Part shown: positions 1-9,811 of the stretch, in pieces
How the letters are laid out: each line of letters begins with the position of its first letter
Numbering within the stretch: position 1 is the stretch's first letter
Source: Candidatus Eremiobacteria bacterium
Lineage (GTDB): Bacteria > Vulcanimicrobiota > Vulcanimicrobiia > Vulcanimicrobiales > Vulcanimicrobiaceae
Direction: 5' to 3'
Length of the DNA: 64,000 nt
NCBI GenBank assembly: GCA_963758295.1
Contig: CAVWUU010000001.1
Location: 320,001-384,000, forward strand
Program-made: the position numbers and the translations under genes
The notes under the pieces: generated by a model
Told to the model about the DNA's origin: nothing
Seen by the model: only the letters and a program-made list of their open reading frames with translations
The model's database searches: none

Positions 1-2119
1 CGGTGAAACCGGAGACCTGATCGCCCGACCCGGTATAGTAGCCGTTGATTTCCTGCAGCACTTTGAGCACCGACGGTTCGCCTTTTTCGCGCTCGTGCGG
101 ATTCTCGTGTTCGTACTCCCAAGTCATATCGAGGATCGGCCGGTCTTTCGGGTCGCTCGAACCGGTATAAAGTTGTTTGAAGCGCTTGGCGAACCAGTTG
201 AAATACCACGCGTCGCTCTTGGAGTCGCCGGCGGGCTCAACCGGCTTATCGTGCCACTGCAGCAGACGGCTCGTTTGTACCATCGTGCCTTCTTTTTCGA
301 GAATCGTAGCCGCCGGTAAGAAGAAAACTTCCGTCGGAATTTTGGAAGGATCAGCCCCTTCACGCCGCCAGAATGAAACCGTTTCGTTGTCGTAGCTGTC
401 GATGTTCACGACGAAGCGGCAGCGCTCCATCGCCGCCTTCACGAGCTTTGCGTTCTGCCCGGACGCGCCCGGGTTCTGCCCGATGACGAAATAGCCCTTA
501 ACGGTGCCGTCCTTCATCGCGAATGTCGTGGGCAGCATGGAATGGTCGCCGGTGAGCTGCGGCAGATACTCGAAACAGTAGTCGTTTTCGGCCGTCGCTT
601 TGTCGCCGTAATAAGCTTTCAACAGCGACACCATGTACTTCGGCGTATTGACCCACCAGCCGGTAGCCTTCGTATTCGTCTTCAAATACGCGGGCAGCGT
701 CTGCTCATCGCGATGCATCGAGGGCATCGGCAAATACCCGGGCAGCAAATCGTACAGCGTCGGAACGTCGGTCGCGCCTTGAATGTTGGCATGGCCGCGC
801 AAGGCCATGATTCCGCCCCCCGGGCGGCCGATATTTCCGAGCAGCAGCTGAAGCACCGCGGCCGTGCGGATGAATTGCACGCCGGCGGTGTGTTGCGTCC
901 AACCTACGGCATACGCGAAAGCGGTCGTGCGTTCGCGGCCGCTATTCTTTGCGAGCGTTTCGGCGATACGCAGGAACGTTTCACGCGGCGTTCCGCATAC
1001 GCGCTCGACCATTTCGGGCGTATAGCGGGCGTAGTGGCGTTTGAGAATATTCAGGACGCAGCGCGGATGCTCCAGCGAGGGATCGCGGCGCACATGTCCG
1101 GTTTCGTCTTTTTCGAAAGCCCAAGTACTGGTATCGTAGACGCGTTTTTCCGCGTCAAATCCCGAGAAGACGCCGTCGAGGTCCTCAGTATCTTGGAACG
1201 ATTCCGAAACGATGTTCGATGCGTTGGTGTAGGCGGAGACGTACTCTTTGAAATAGGCGTTGTTGGCCAGCACGTAGTTGATGATGCCGCCGAGGAACGC
1301 GATATCGGTGCCGCTGCGGAGCGGCGCATAAATGTCGGCCACCGCCGACGTGCGCGTGAAGCGCGGATCGACGTGGATTATCGTCGCACCGCGTTCCTTC
1401 GCTTTCATTACGAATCGGAACGCCACCGGATGGGCTTCGGCAAAGTTCGATCCTTCAATCAGAATGCAGTCGGCGTTCTGGAGATCGGGAACCCACACCG
1501 TAGCGCCGCCACGGCCGAACGAGGTGCCCAGACCGGGCACCGTCGAGGAGTGTCATATTCGAGCTTGGTTTTCAATCGACACTACGCCGAGCGAACGCAT
1601 CAGTTTGCCGAGCATGTAATTTTCTTCCACGCCGAACGTTGCGCCCCCGAGCGACGCGATGCCAAGCGTGTGATTTACGCGTTTTCCGTCGCGTTCGCGA
1701 ACGAACGTTTCTTCGCGTGCCTCTTTCGTGAGCTGTGCGATGCGCTCGAGCGCCCACGGAAGCGGCCGGTCTTCGTAGCGATCCGAGAAGGGCGCGCGGT
1801 ATTTTACCGTCGTCCAGCGTTGATCGTTTACGGTGAGTCCGAAGAGCGCGGAGCCCTTCGGACATAAGTGTCCGGCGTTGATCGGGCTATCGGGATTGCC
1901 TTCGACGTCGAGGAGCTTTCCTTCGTCACTGACGTAGGCCAGCGTGCTGCATCCAACCGCGCAGTAGCAGCAAACGCTTGTTACGGCTTTGGCGCCGGAG
2001 ATGCGGCCCTTTAGTTCTTGCGTCCTTTTGGACGCGACGTTCGGCAGCATACCGACGCGTTCGGAAAAATCGAGGCCGTTGTGCGGAAAGACTCTGGTCA
2101 GATCGACCGTGGTTTTCAC
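1..2119 (-). CDS. fdnG: Formate dehydrogenase alpha (catalytic Mo/W-bis-MGD) subunit, FdnG/FdoG-like, selenocysteine-containing; 3' part runs off the window
   Basis: N-terminal 4Fe-4S motif CCYCAVGC...LCPKG. ORF 1553..2119 ends at ENQARI-TGA and continues in frame as HSSTVPGLGTSFGRGG...GSNFAEAHPVAFRF...VDPRFTRTSAVADIYAPLRSGTDIAFLGG, matching the FdnG NQAR(V/I)UH context. The same frame still reads as FDH-like at the left edge (VLQEINGY). Confidence 0.93.
1520..1555 (-). promoter_or_regulatory. In-frame UGA (Sec) codon at 1553-1555 and bacterial SECIS hairpin
   Basis: mRNA reads UGA CACUCCUCGAC GGUGCCC-GGUCU-GGGCACC UCG: a perfect 7-bp stem with a G/U-rich loop starting 11 nt after the UGA. 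Confidence 0.85.
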
Positions 2120-2149
2120 TATTCTTCTCCCGATAGCCCGAAGGCGCGT

Positions 2150-3493
2150 TTAGGCAGTGGCTCTTTCGGCGAGCGTTGGCGGCTTCTTCACGAAGAACGG
2201 AATGACCGAGGCAATCAAGAGCATAATCGCGACCGGCACCAGCGCGCCTGCATACGAACCCGTAACGTCGCGGACTTTCGCGGCGATGAACGGACCTACG
2301 ATTCCGCCGACGCCCCAAGCCGTTAAGATTATCCCGTAAATCTGCCCCATGTATCGCGTACCGAAAAAGTCCGCCGTGAACGAAGGCATCACGCCGAATC
2401 CGCCGCCGTAGCACAGGAGCACGATCGCGAAGTAAATGCCGACCGCGACGAATCCGCCGCTATGCGCCATTGCGAAGAAGATCACGGCTTGGATGAGATA
2501 CATGACGGTGTACGTCATTGCGCGGCCGATTCTATCGGAAACGGCACCCCAGAAAAAGCGTCCAAGACCGTTGAAGATCGCAAGCACGCCATAAACCTGC
2601 CCCGCCTGTGCCGGCGTCGCGCCCGTAAGTTCGGTGTAGATCGGCGCCGCATTCGAGATGATCAGAATGCCTGCCGTAACATTGAGGAAGAGCAGCAGCC
2701 ACAAGCCGTACAACTGCACCTGAGAAGCCGCTTCGCCGGGCGAGATTCCGGAGCTTTGGGCAACTACCGTTCCGGCCGTCTGGCCGGCAAGCGAATAATT
2801 TGCCGGCGGATTTTTTAGCGCAAAGGCGCACAAGCCGCCGATGATGATGAACACGATTCCGGAGACCGTGAAGAGCATCATGATTCCGTGCAACGATCCG
2901 CCGGGCAAGGCATACTGTGTCGGATCAAATGCAGTGTGCGCCTTTACGGCAGCAGCTTTTGCCGCGACGAACGCGCCGGCAGGCTTTGCCGCATTCTTAT
3001 ACGCGTCGAACCGCGTGATGATCTGATTGTAGACGAACGCGCCGAGACCGAAGCCCATCACGACCATCCCGCTTCCGAGGCCGCGCCGGTCGGGAAACCA
3101 CTTCGTGACCATAGCGACCGGCGTTACGTAAGCCATGCCGTTGCCGAGACCGCCGATCACGCCGTACGTAAGGTATAGCCACCATTTGCCGAGCGCTTCG
3201 GTACCGAGGCCGGCGAGCAGAACGCCCACGCCCCACAAGACGACGCCGACGATCGTTACCGTTCGGGGTCCGACACGGTCTTGCCAGCGGCCGCCGAAGA
3301 CGGCTCCGATTCCCAAGAAAAAGATCGCGAGCTCAAAAGCAAGCGTCGCGTCTTGTGTGGACCAGTTAAAGCCGGCAACGAATGAATTGGTGAACAGGCT
3401 CCACGAGTAGACCGTTCCGAGGCAAAGCATCACGACGACTCCGGCGAGCGCAATTGCCCACCGGTTGCCATGTACTGCGGGAGTCGAAGCCAT
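2150..3493 (-). CDS. OFA-family (oxalate/formate antiporter-like) MFS transporter
   Basis: LCLGTVYSWSLF, GRWQDRVGPR, KWFPDRRGLGSG, GRFFWGAVSDRIGR and YGGGFGVMPSFTADFFG are typical OFA motifs. ATG at 3493 follows an AGGAGAG RBS, so the ORF-track extension to 3694 is unlikely. Confidence 0.88.
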   Translation of the reverse strand: MASTPAVHGNRWAIALAGVVVMLCLGTVYSWSLFTNSFVAGFNWSTQDATLAFELAIFFLGIGAVFGGRWQDRVGPRTVTIVGVVLWGVGVLLAGLGTEALGKWWLYLTYGVIGGLGNGMAYVTPVAMVTKWFPDRRGLGSGMVVMGFGLGAFVYNQIITRFDAYKNAAKPAGAFVAAKAAAVKAHTAFDPTQYALPGGSLHGIMMLFTVSGIVFIIIGGLCAFALKNPPANYSLAGQTAGTVVAQSSGISPGEAASQVQLYGLWLLLFLNVTAGILIISNAAPIYTELTGATPAQAGQVYGVLAIFNGLGRFFWGAVSDRIGRAMTYTVMYLIQAVIFFAMAHSGGFVAVGIYFAIVLLCYGGGFGVMPSFTADFFGTRYMGQIYGIILTAWGVGGIVGPFIAAKVRDVTGSYAGALVPVAIMLLIASVIPFFVKKPPTLAERATA

Positions 3494-3588
3494 GTGCGTT
3501 CTCTCCTGAAAATTGCGCGCGCTTGCAAGCCCTAGCCGAATCATTGAACCTGGGTCGTACGGCCCCGGATGCGCGGCGAAGGCCGTTC

Positions 3589-3762
3589 TTAGGTTGGTTT
3601 CTCGAGCGTGCTCGCGACAAACGTAACTACTAGTATTACACCGAGGATTTCCCCGCGATAGACGTGTGCAAGCGTCGTCGCGATAATCGCGCAAGCCAAG
3701 CCGGCGGGCGCAGCGACCGAGCCTCCGGTTATAAAATCATAGGCTTCACGCAGGGCGTGCAT
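3589..3762 (-). CDS. Small 57-aa two-helix membrane protein (absent from the ORF track)
   Basis: ATG 3762 to TAA 3589 encodes MHALREAYDFITGGSVAAPAGLACAIIATTLAHVYRGEILGVILVVTFVASTLEKPT. GAGGG lies upstream, and the ORF overlaps the end of the COG4280 gene by 17 nt. Confidence 0.65.
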   Translation of the reverse strand: MHALREAYDFITGGSVAAPAGLACAIIATTLAHVYRGEILGVILVVTFVASTLEKPT

Positions 3763-4465
3763 GGCGAACCCTCATGATGACTACGAGGAGCGCAGCCACC
3801 GCGGCATAGGTGGCGATGAACGCAAAGAGCGTCGTATCGCCAAGCCACCATACGACGCCGAGTCCTTCGCCGGTCCAGAAGGTCCCGAGCGAAAGCAGCA
3901 TCAGGCCGACGACGCTCTTGATGAGGTTCTCCGGCACGCGCGCAAACGGGGCCCGCAGCAAGAACGCGGCAGCGGCAACGATCACCAGCGCAGCCGCTGC
4001 GCCGCCGGCGGACCACGCGACGAATTTGGGCGTCGAAGCGGCGAATGTAACGACGATCACCGCGACTTCCAAGCCCTCGACGAACACGCCTTGAAACGCC
4101 ACGAAGAACGCTTCGCGCTCGTCACGCCGGCGCAACTGCGCGACTTCCCGTTCGAAGATTTGCGTCTCGTCATGAAGCGCTTTGCGCCCCGCATACCGCC
4201 ACACGGCTTTACGTAACCACGCAATGCCGAAAAGCACGAGAAGCGGTCCAACGACGATTTCGATTCGTTGTACCGTCGCCGCCCGTGAAAGCAGCGGACC
4301 AAAAATTGCCACGAGTGCGACGAGGGCCAGCGTTGCGGCAATCGTGCCGTTTACGGCGGCTCGCCACCCCTGGGTTATTCCGACGGCAAGCACGATCGTA
4401 GCCGCTTCAACGAACTCTACCGCCGAAGCGAGAAACGTAGTTCCCGCCAAAATCCACGGATTCAT
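3746..4465 (-). CDS. COG4280-like membrane protein (putative metal-ion permease)
   Basis: About 6-7 TM helices with two ExxE motifs (AVEFVEA, FVEGLEV), plus WLRKAV, VPENLIK and GTFWTGEG. ATGA overlap with the upstream gene. Confidence 0.75.
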   Translation of the reverse strand: MNPWILAGTTFLASAVEFVEAATIVLAVGITQGWRAAVNGTIAATLALVALVAIFGPLLSRAATVQRIEIVVGPLLVLFGIAWLRKAVWRYAGRKALHDETQIFEREVAQLRRRDEREAFFVAFQGVFVEGLEVAVIVVTFAASTPKFVAWSAGGAAAALVIVAAAAFLLRAPFARVPENLIKSVVGLMLLSLGTFWTGEGLGVVWWLGDTTLFAFIATYAAVAALLVVIMRVRHARPA

Positions 4466-6709
4466 GGTTTTTGGTGCGTACCCGCAGCATGCGCCAGAAT
4501 ATCGTTACCAATTCGCGGATCGACCGCGTCGGCACGCGTTAGGTCGAGGCGATTGCTCACGGCGGCTTTATAGGCGGTTGCCGAGTTTAACTCGTTTACG
4601 TTTGTCGTTTCGCGCAGTACGTTGAACGGGGCGAGACGCTTCGTCGTTTGGAACGCATCGTACATCGGCGGGGCGACCGCATCGTAAATCGACAGCGGCC
4701 GCAATCCGAGCAGCAGCTCGATACTTCTCACGACGGAGCTCGTGGAGTAGTGTGCGTGATGAACGCCCGCGGCCGCATACGGCGACACGAGATAAAACGT
4801 CGTACGCTGGTCGTCGACGTGATCGGGACCGTTTTGTGCGTCGTCTTCGATAGCGAAGATCGCGGTAGTCGCCCAGTACGGGGAGTGTGACACGGCGTCG
4901 ACGATCCGGCCGAAGGCATGATCGTTTTGAGCGACGTAGGCGCGCGGCGTTAGCGACCCCGTCTTCGTGTAGTTTGTGTGGTCGTTGGGCAGCCGCACAA
5001 TTTCCAACTGAGGGAGATTGCGGTCGCGCACGAACTGCGTGAACTCGCGCGCCCACTCATCGACCGTGTTTCGTCACTCACGTTGTGTCGAAGCCGCGAT
5101 ACCGCGGATCGATGTGGTCTTTCAGGCCCGGCATCTGCGTGGTCTCCAGACCCGTGAGCGCCGGGATTGCGACGAATTCACCGTAATCGCGATAAGTAAG
5201 TCCCGCGCGTTTCGCGGCATCCCAAAGGTAACCGTTACGCGGAACGCTTGCAACGGCACCGTCTTCAAAATCGTACGTATCGCGGCGGCCGCCGTAACTG
5301 ACCGGCCAAAAGCGCTCCAGGTAGTCGTTCGCGAGAGCGGCCGTCGACCACGCGTGTCCGCTTGCGCTTACTTGCGCATCGGCGTACGTATTATCGAAGA
5401 TGCCGAAACGCTCGACGAGAGCGTGCTGATTGGGCGTCACCTTAGCACCGAACCAGGCAATTTGCGGATCGCCGTCAGCGCCCGCGACGTCGCCGAGCAC
5501 CTGATCGTAGGTACGGTTTTCCTTAATGATATAAATGACGTGCTCGATGGGACCGTGCGCGCGTAAGACCGTTTGCGCCGGAGCCGGAATCGGCGACGGC
5601 ATGTTTTCGGCGACTTGTTGCGAGCTTATAGCAGTGAACGCCGTGCGCGCAATCACGCGAACCGAACCGGTTAACAAACGGCCGACGTACGACGGGTCTG
5701 CTCCGCCGCGCGAACTCTCGAGATTCGGATTCGCGTGCGAATTTTCACCTTTGCCGTCGATGACATAGACGTTGTTCCGGTCAACGGCAACACCGTCCGG
5801 ATACCATCCGGCAGGCACGCGTGCAACGACGCGGTCGTTGCGAACCTCCGCGACCGCGTTCTCCGCGCCGAGTGAGACGTAAACCGTCCCATCGGCGGCA
5901 ATGGCAAGCGCGTTGGGTGAAGCGCCGGGACCTTGGGGCAAACCGACGTCGATGCGTTTCGTCACGGTCTTCATGCGTGTGTCGATTACATCGATGGAGT
6001 CCGCATCCGCGCATGCGACGTACACGCGCATGCCGTCGGGCGTAACAGCTAGTGCAGCCGGATGTAAGTCGACCGCAATTGTCTCGGCACTCCCGCCAAG
6101 TTTGATGAGGTTCCCGTTGCGGGTGAATCGGGACCCAATGGTCACCGTCGCGTCGCCACGGTTTGCAACGTAAATATTACCGTTGGCGAGCGTGACTGCG
6201 CCGGGATGAAGGCCGGTCTTCAGGGTGTTAGCGATATCGCTTTCGTTCGTCTCCCAGTACACGGTATTGTTGCCGTCGTTTGTCACAGCCAGGCTGCCCG
6301 ATTGCGCCGAAAGCGATGCCGGCCAGTTGAGATGCGACGCAACAGCAGCTACTTTCTTCGCTTTGAGATCGACTTGGAAAACGGCATTTGTATGGCCGCC
6401 CGCCACAAGCACGGCGTCGTTTCCGCGCCAAACCGGTATTCCAAAAGCGCCTTCGAGCGGGATAACGTTCACCGTGCTGAGATCCGCAACGCTAACGATT
6501 CGCAAAGCCGGCGGCATGTAGCCAGACTCTACGATTGCGAGCTTTTGGCCGTCGGGAGAAAGCGCGATCCCTTGCGGCATGGTGCCCGTTGTTGCGGCGG
6601 CGCCTTGCGGCAGCGAAATGCGCCATCCACTTGGGAGAAGCGTCGTGGTGCTTGCTGCCGCCGCGAGAAGCGCAACGGCCGAAGCTGCGATCAAGGCGAG
6701 TTTTCGCAT
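4462..6709 (-). CDS. Secreted YncE-like beta-propeller / phosphoesterase (alkaline phosphatase superfamily) protein, frameshifted near 5060-5085
   Basis: Signal peptide, propeller repeats, and HVIYIIKENRTYDQVLG, LPNDHT and EDDAQNGPDHVD motifs. ORFs 5078..6709 and 4462..5031 join if one A and one G are restored in short homopolymers (GFDTNVSDETRVDEWAREF). Confidence 0.85.
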
Positions 6710-6883
6710 TACCGTTCCTCCGTGGTTATGGTCGTTAATGGAAGAACACAGAGCCTAGGACGGCGCACGCAATCACTACTGCCCACGCCGGGACCTTCAA
6801 CGCGTGCACGGCGAGAAAAGCTGCAGCTGCGAGGAGCTACTGCAAGGAACGCGCCCCACGGCCCGGTCGCGGAGAGGTGCGCC

Positions 6884-7859
6884 ATGGGCGAATCCGCAAC
6901 CTTCGGCCCATGGAGCTCTCATCAACGATAGTGTTCGCGAGCGGCGGCTTCCGTCGCTACGACGAAGCCAAAGTCGGTCTTCTCACGCACGGATTGCAAT
7001 ACGGCACGGGTTGCTTCGAAGGCATCCGCGGCTACTGGGAACCGGCCGATAGAGAACTGTATCTCGTGCTGCTTCGCGCGCACTACGATCGGCTTAAAGT
7101 CTCCGCTAAAATCTTGATGATGGAGCTTCCGCACACCGTCGACGAACTGATCGACATTACCGTCGAACTATGCACGCGCAACAAATTCGAAACCGACATG
7201 TATCTGCGCCCGTGCATCTTCAAGGCGGCCGAAGATATCGGCGTGCGCCTTCACGGCGTGCCCGACGCGTTCGCGATCATCCCGGTTCCGTTCAAAAGCT
7301 ATCTTGGACATCGAGCAAAGGTCTAAACGTTTGCGTCAGCTCATGGCGCCGCGCCGACGACACCATGGCTCCGCCGCGCGCAAAGATCACCGGCCTCTAC
7401 GTCAACTCCGCGCTTGCAAAAACCGAAGCCGTGAACAACGGCTACGACGAAGCGATTCTGCTCTCGCACGACGGTCACGTCGCCGAAGGCTCGGCGGAAA
7501 ACATTTTCCTCGTGCGTCACGGAAAACTCTACACGCCCGATCCTTCGCAAAACGTGCTCGAAGGCTGCACGCGCCGCGCGATCATGGACATCGCCTGCGA
7601 TCAGTTCGGCATCGAAGTCGTCGAACGCTCGATCGACCGCGGCGAACTCTATTCCGCCGACGAAGTTTTCTTCACCGGTACCGCCGCGGGCATCGCCTAC
7701 GTTGCTTCCGTCGACCGCCGCACCGTCGGCGACGGCAAGATCGGCCCGATCTCACGTTCGCTGGCCGACTTCTATCAACGCGCGGTGCGCAACCGCGAGT
7801 CCGCTTACTCTTCCTGGCTCACGTCAGCGTACGCAAACAGCAACGCAGAGGCGGTGTAG
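6884..7859 (+). CDS. ilvE: Branched-chain amino acid aminotransferase (class IV PLP), frameshifted near 7305 and probably near 6905
   Basis: HGLQYGTGCFEGIR, AKITGLYVNS, EGSAENIF and DEVFFTGTAA are split over ORFs 6877..7326 and 7170..7859. A GGAGAGG RBS precedes ATG 6884; an alternative in-frame ATG is at 6910. Confidence 0.88.
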
Positions 7860-7887
7860 GCGCTGCCGCGATGCGGCGCATTCGCCC

Positions 7888-7916
7888 GTCCTTCGACAGG
7901 CTCAGGATGACGAAGG
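7888..7916. repeat. REP-like palindromic element (GTCCTTCGACAGGCTCAGGATGAC) between convergent genes
   Basis: Resembles a widespread CCTTCGACAGGCTCAGG-type intergenic repeat (recalled, not searched). CCTTCG at 7890-7895 can pair with CGAAGG at 7911-7916. Only one copy was seen in the window. Confidence 0.5.
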
Positions 7917-7917
7917 G

Positions 7918-8916
7918 CTACAAACCGCCGGAGGTTTCGGAGGCGGAGTTTTGCCAGTAGCGCACGTCGGGGGCGACCACTGCCGGAGTTGTCGCGAATT
8001 CGTTTAGGCCGGCGGTGTTGCGCCATGTTGCGAGTTGGCCTTCGTGAGCGAAGGTTAGCTTTGATAGCGAGCGGATGAACGTGCGGCCGATGGTTAGCGA
8101 CGGGAGGTGCGTCGTCATGACGGCGATCACGTACGGCGCTTCGTTTGCGTAGACGATGCCTACGTCGTTTAGCGTGTCGAAGAAGCTTCCCGTTTTGTGC
8201 GCGATCGGGACGTCGTCGGGAAGCGGTTCCGGGAGCAACGTGTTGATCTGATCGTCTTCCAGGATCGAGATCATTTGGTTCGAGGACCACTGGTCGACGA
8301 GTTTGCGGCGTGCCATTAGTGAAAGCAAACGCACCATGTCGGCGGGCGAGGAACGCAGTGTTTCGCGTACGGCCCAGTTCGACGTGCGCACGTCTTGCGT
8401 AAGGTGCGTGCGCTCGAGGCCGAGCGTGTACATCGTGCGGTTGATGCTGCGCAGACCCACGACGCGAATCAGCATGTTGGTCGCGGTGTTGTCGCTGATG
8501 TCGATCATCTTGGAGAGCAGATCGCTCACCGTCCACGTCGTGCCGACCGGTTCGTCGCAGAGATCGCCCGAGCCGTAATCTTTATCGCGCGGTAAGAGCT
8601 CGACGCGGTGCTGGAGATCGAATTTTCCGGCTTCGAGTTGACGGAAGACTTCAACCATGACCGGCACTTTGATCGTCGATGCGGCCGGCATGCTTGCGCC
8701 GGCGTTATAGCCGACGGAAAAGTTCGTCGAAAGATCGAGGATTTCGACGGCGCTCGATGCGGGGAATGTGGAAACGAGACGATGCAGCTCGCTGCGAAGA
8801 TGCGCTATCGGCGGCGGTATGGAAAGCGCGCGTGCCGGCATCCCGTTCGAACAGACGAGTGCAACCGCTACAGCGATGATCGCGAGCATGCGACGCATAC
8901 GTTTTGTATCGGCCAC
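7918..8916 (-). CDS. Class A beta-lactamase-related serine hydrolase (Beta-lactamase2 / PBP-A-like), secreted
   Basis: SxxK (ASTIK), SDN (ISDNTA) and KTG (HKTGS) motifs plus a signal peptide. The start may be ATG 8898. Confidence 0.85.
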   Translation of the reverse strand: MADTKRMRRMLAIIAVAVALVCSNGMPARALSIPPPIAHLRSELHRLVSTFPASSAVEILDLSTNFSVGYNAGASMPAASTIKVPVMVEVFRQLEAGKFDLQHRVELLPRDKDYGSGDLCDEPVGTTWTVSDLLSKMIDISDNTATNMLIRVVGLRSINRTMYTLGLERTHLTQDVRTSNWAVRETLRSSPADMVRLLSLMARRKLVDQWSSNQMISILEDDQINTLLPEPLPDDVPIAHKTGSFFDTLNDVGIVYANEAPYVIAVMTTHLPSLTIGRTFIRSLSKLTFAHEGQLATWRNTAGLNEFATTPAVVAPDVRYWQNSASETSGGL

Positions 8917-8926
8917 GTTGCACGGA

Positions 8927-8935
8927 ATTGTAGCA
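8927..8935 (-). promoter_or_regulatory. Candidate extended -10 promoter (TGCTACAAT) for the serine hydrolase
   Basis: TGn-TACAAT lies about 10 nt upstream of GTG 8916. Confidence 0.4.
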
Positions 8936-8952
8936 GAACCGACGCTGAATCG

Positions 8953-9805
8953 CTAGTAAGGAACGCCGTCCGAGGCGGGTGCTCTCACCTTGCCCGTCAC
9001 CCCGACAAGCGCGATGAGCGCAGCCACATAAGGCAGACGCCTGCATCGCGTCGGGCGGCAGCCACGAAACGCGGCCTTGCAACACGAATTGCAACGCTTC
9101 GAAGAATCCGAACACCAGTGCGGCGGCAGTTGCGCCAAGGGGCGTCCAGCGTCCGAAGATCACCGCGGCAAGCGCAATGAACCCGCGCCCGGCCGTCATG
9201 CCGTCGGAGTACAGATTGAGCTCGCCGACGGAAAGGAATGCGCCGCCGAGTCCGGCGAGCGCACCGCTAGGAGCACCGCATAAGTGCGCAGTGCGAGCGG
9301 ATTCAAGCCGGCGGATTTCACCGCCGCGGGATTCTCTCCGCAGGCGCGCAGGCGCAGGCCCCATGGGGTTCGATACAAGAGCCAATGCAGTGCGCCGGCC
9401 AGAGCAAAGGCGGCGATCACGAGCCAGTAATAGTTTTGGCCGAGCGCAGCGACTTGACTGCTGGCGCCCGGCTGGTTAAAGATCAGCACCAGGCCGTACG
9501 CAGCGCCGCCGGCGCAAATCAGGTTGATGCCGGTGCCTGCGACGATCTGATCGACTTTGAACCGCGTTGCCGCGACGGCGAGGACGTAGCCGAAGAGCGC
9601 GCCGGCCAGCGATCCCCGCGACAAGCGCGAGGGCCGGACTCTGCGTGTAGTACGAAGCGATGACCGCACTGAAGGCTCCGGCCGCCATCATGCCTTCAAG
9701 GCCGATGTTGATGATGCCGGAGCGTTCGGAAACGACCCCGCCGAGCGCGGCGTACACGATCGGCGTCGCTTTGATGACCGTTAGCAGCGCCAGCGTCAAA
9801 AACAC
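8953..9805 (-). CDS. Nucleoside/sugar (CUT2) ABC transporter permease, multiple frameshifts
   Basis: SERSGIINIGLEGMM, RTPWGLRLRACGENP, TAGRGFIALAAVIFGRW and LPYVAALIAL are spread over ORFs 9476..9805, 9196..9669, 8705..9385 and 8953..9138. Confidence 0.82.
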
Positions 9806-9811
9806 AGCCCG

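Noticed and set aside
542..1867. 441-aa + strand ORF
   Set aside because: Antisense shadow of the FDH gene; no recognisable motifs, typical of high-GC codon bias.
1553..2119. FDH as a truncated 188-aa protein or pseudogene
   Set aside because: The stop is a UGA at the Sec position with a SECIS, and the frame continues.
3494..3590. Moco/Wco riboswitch upstream of the transporter-FDH genes
   Set aside because: Only AACCTAAG and one hairpin (3559-3586) are suggestive, and the AACCTAAG is the end of the small ORF. The rest of the motif is not visible. An Infernal/Rfam scan would settle it.
6710..6883. T-box or leader-peptide attenuator for ilvE; Pho box for the phosphoesterase
   Set aside because: No T-box consensus and no Leu/Ile/Val-rich leader ORF; the CCAT(T)AAC repeat is too weak to call.
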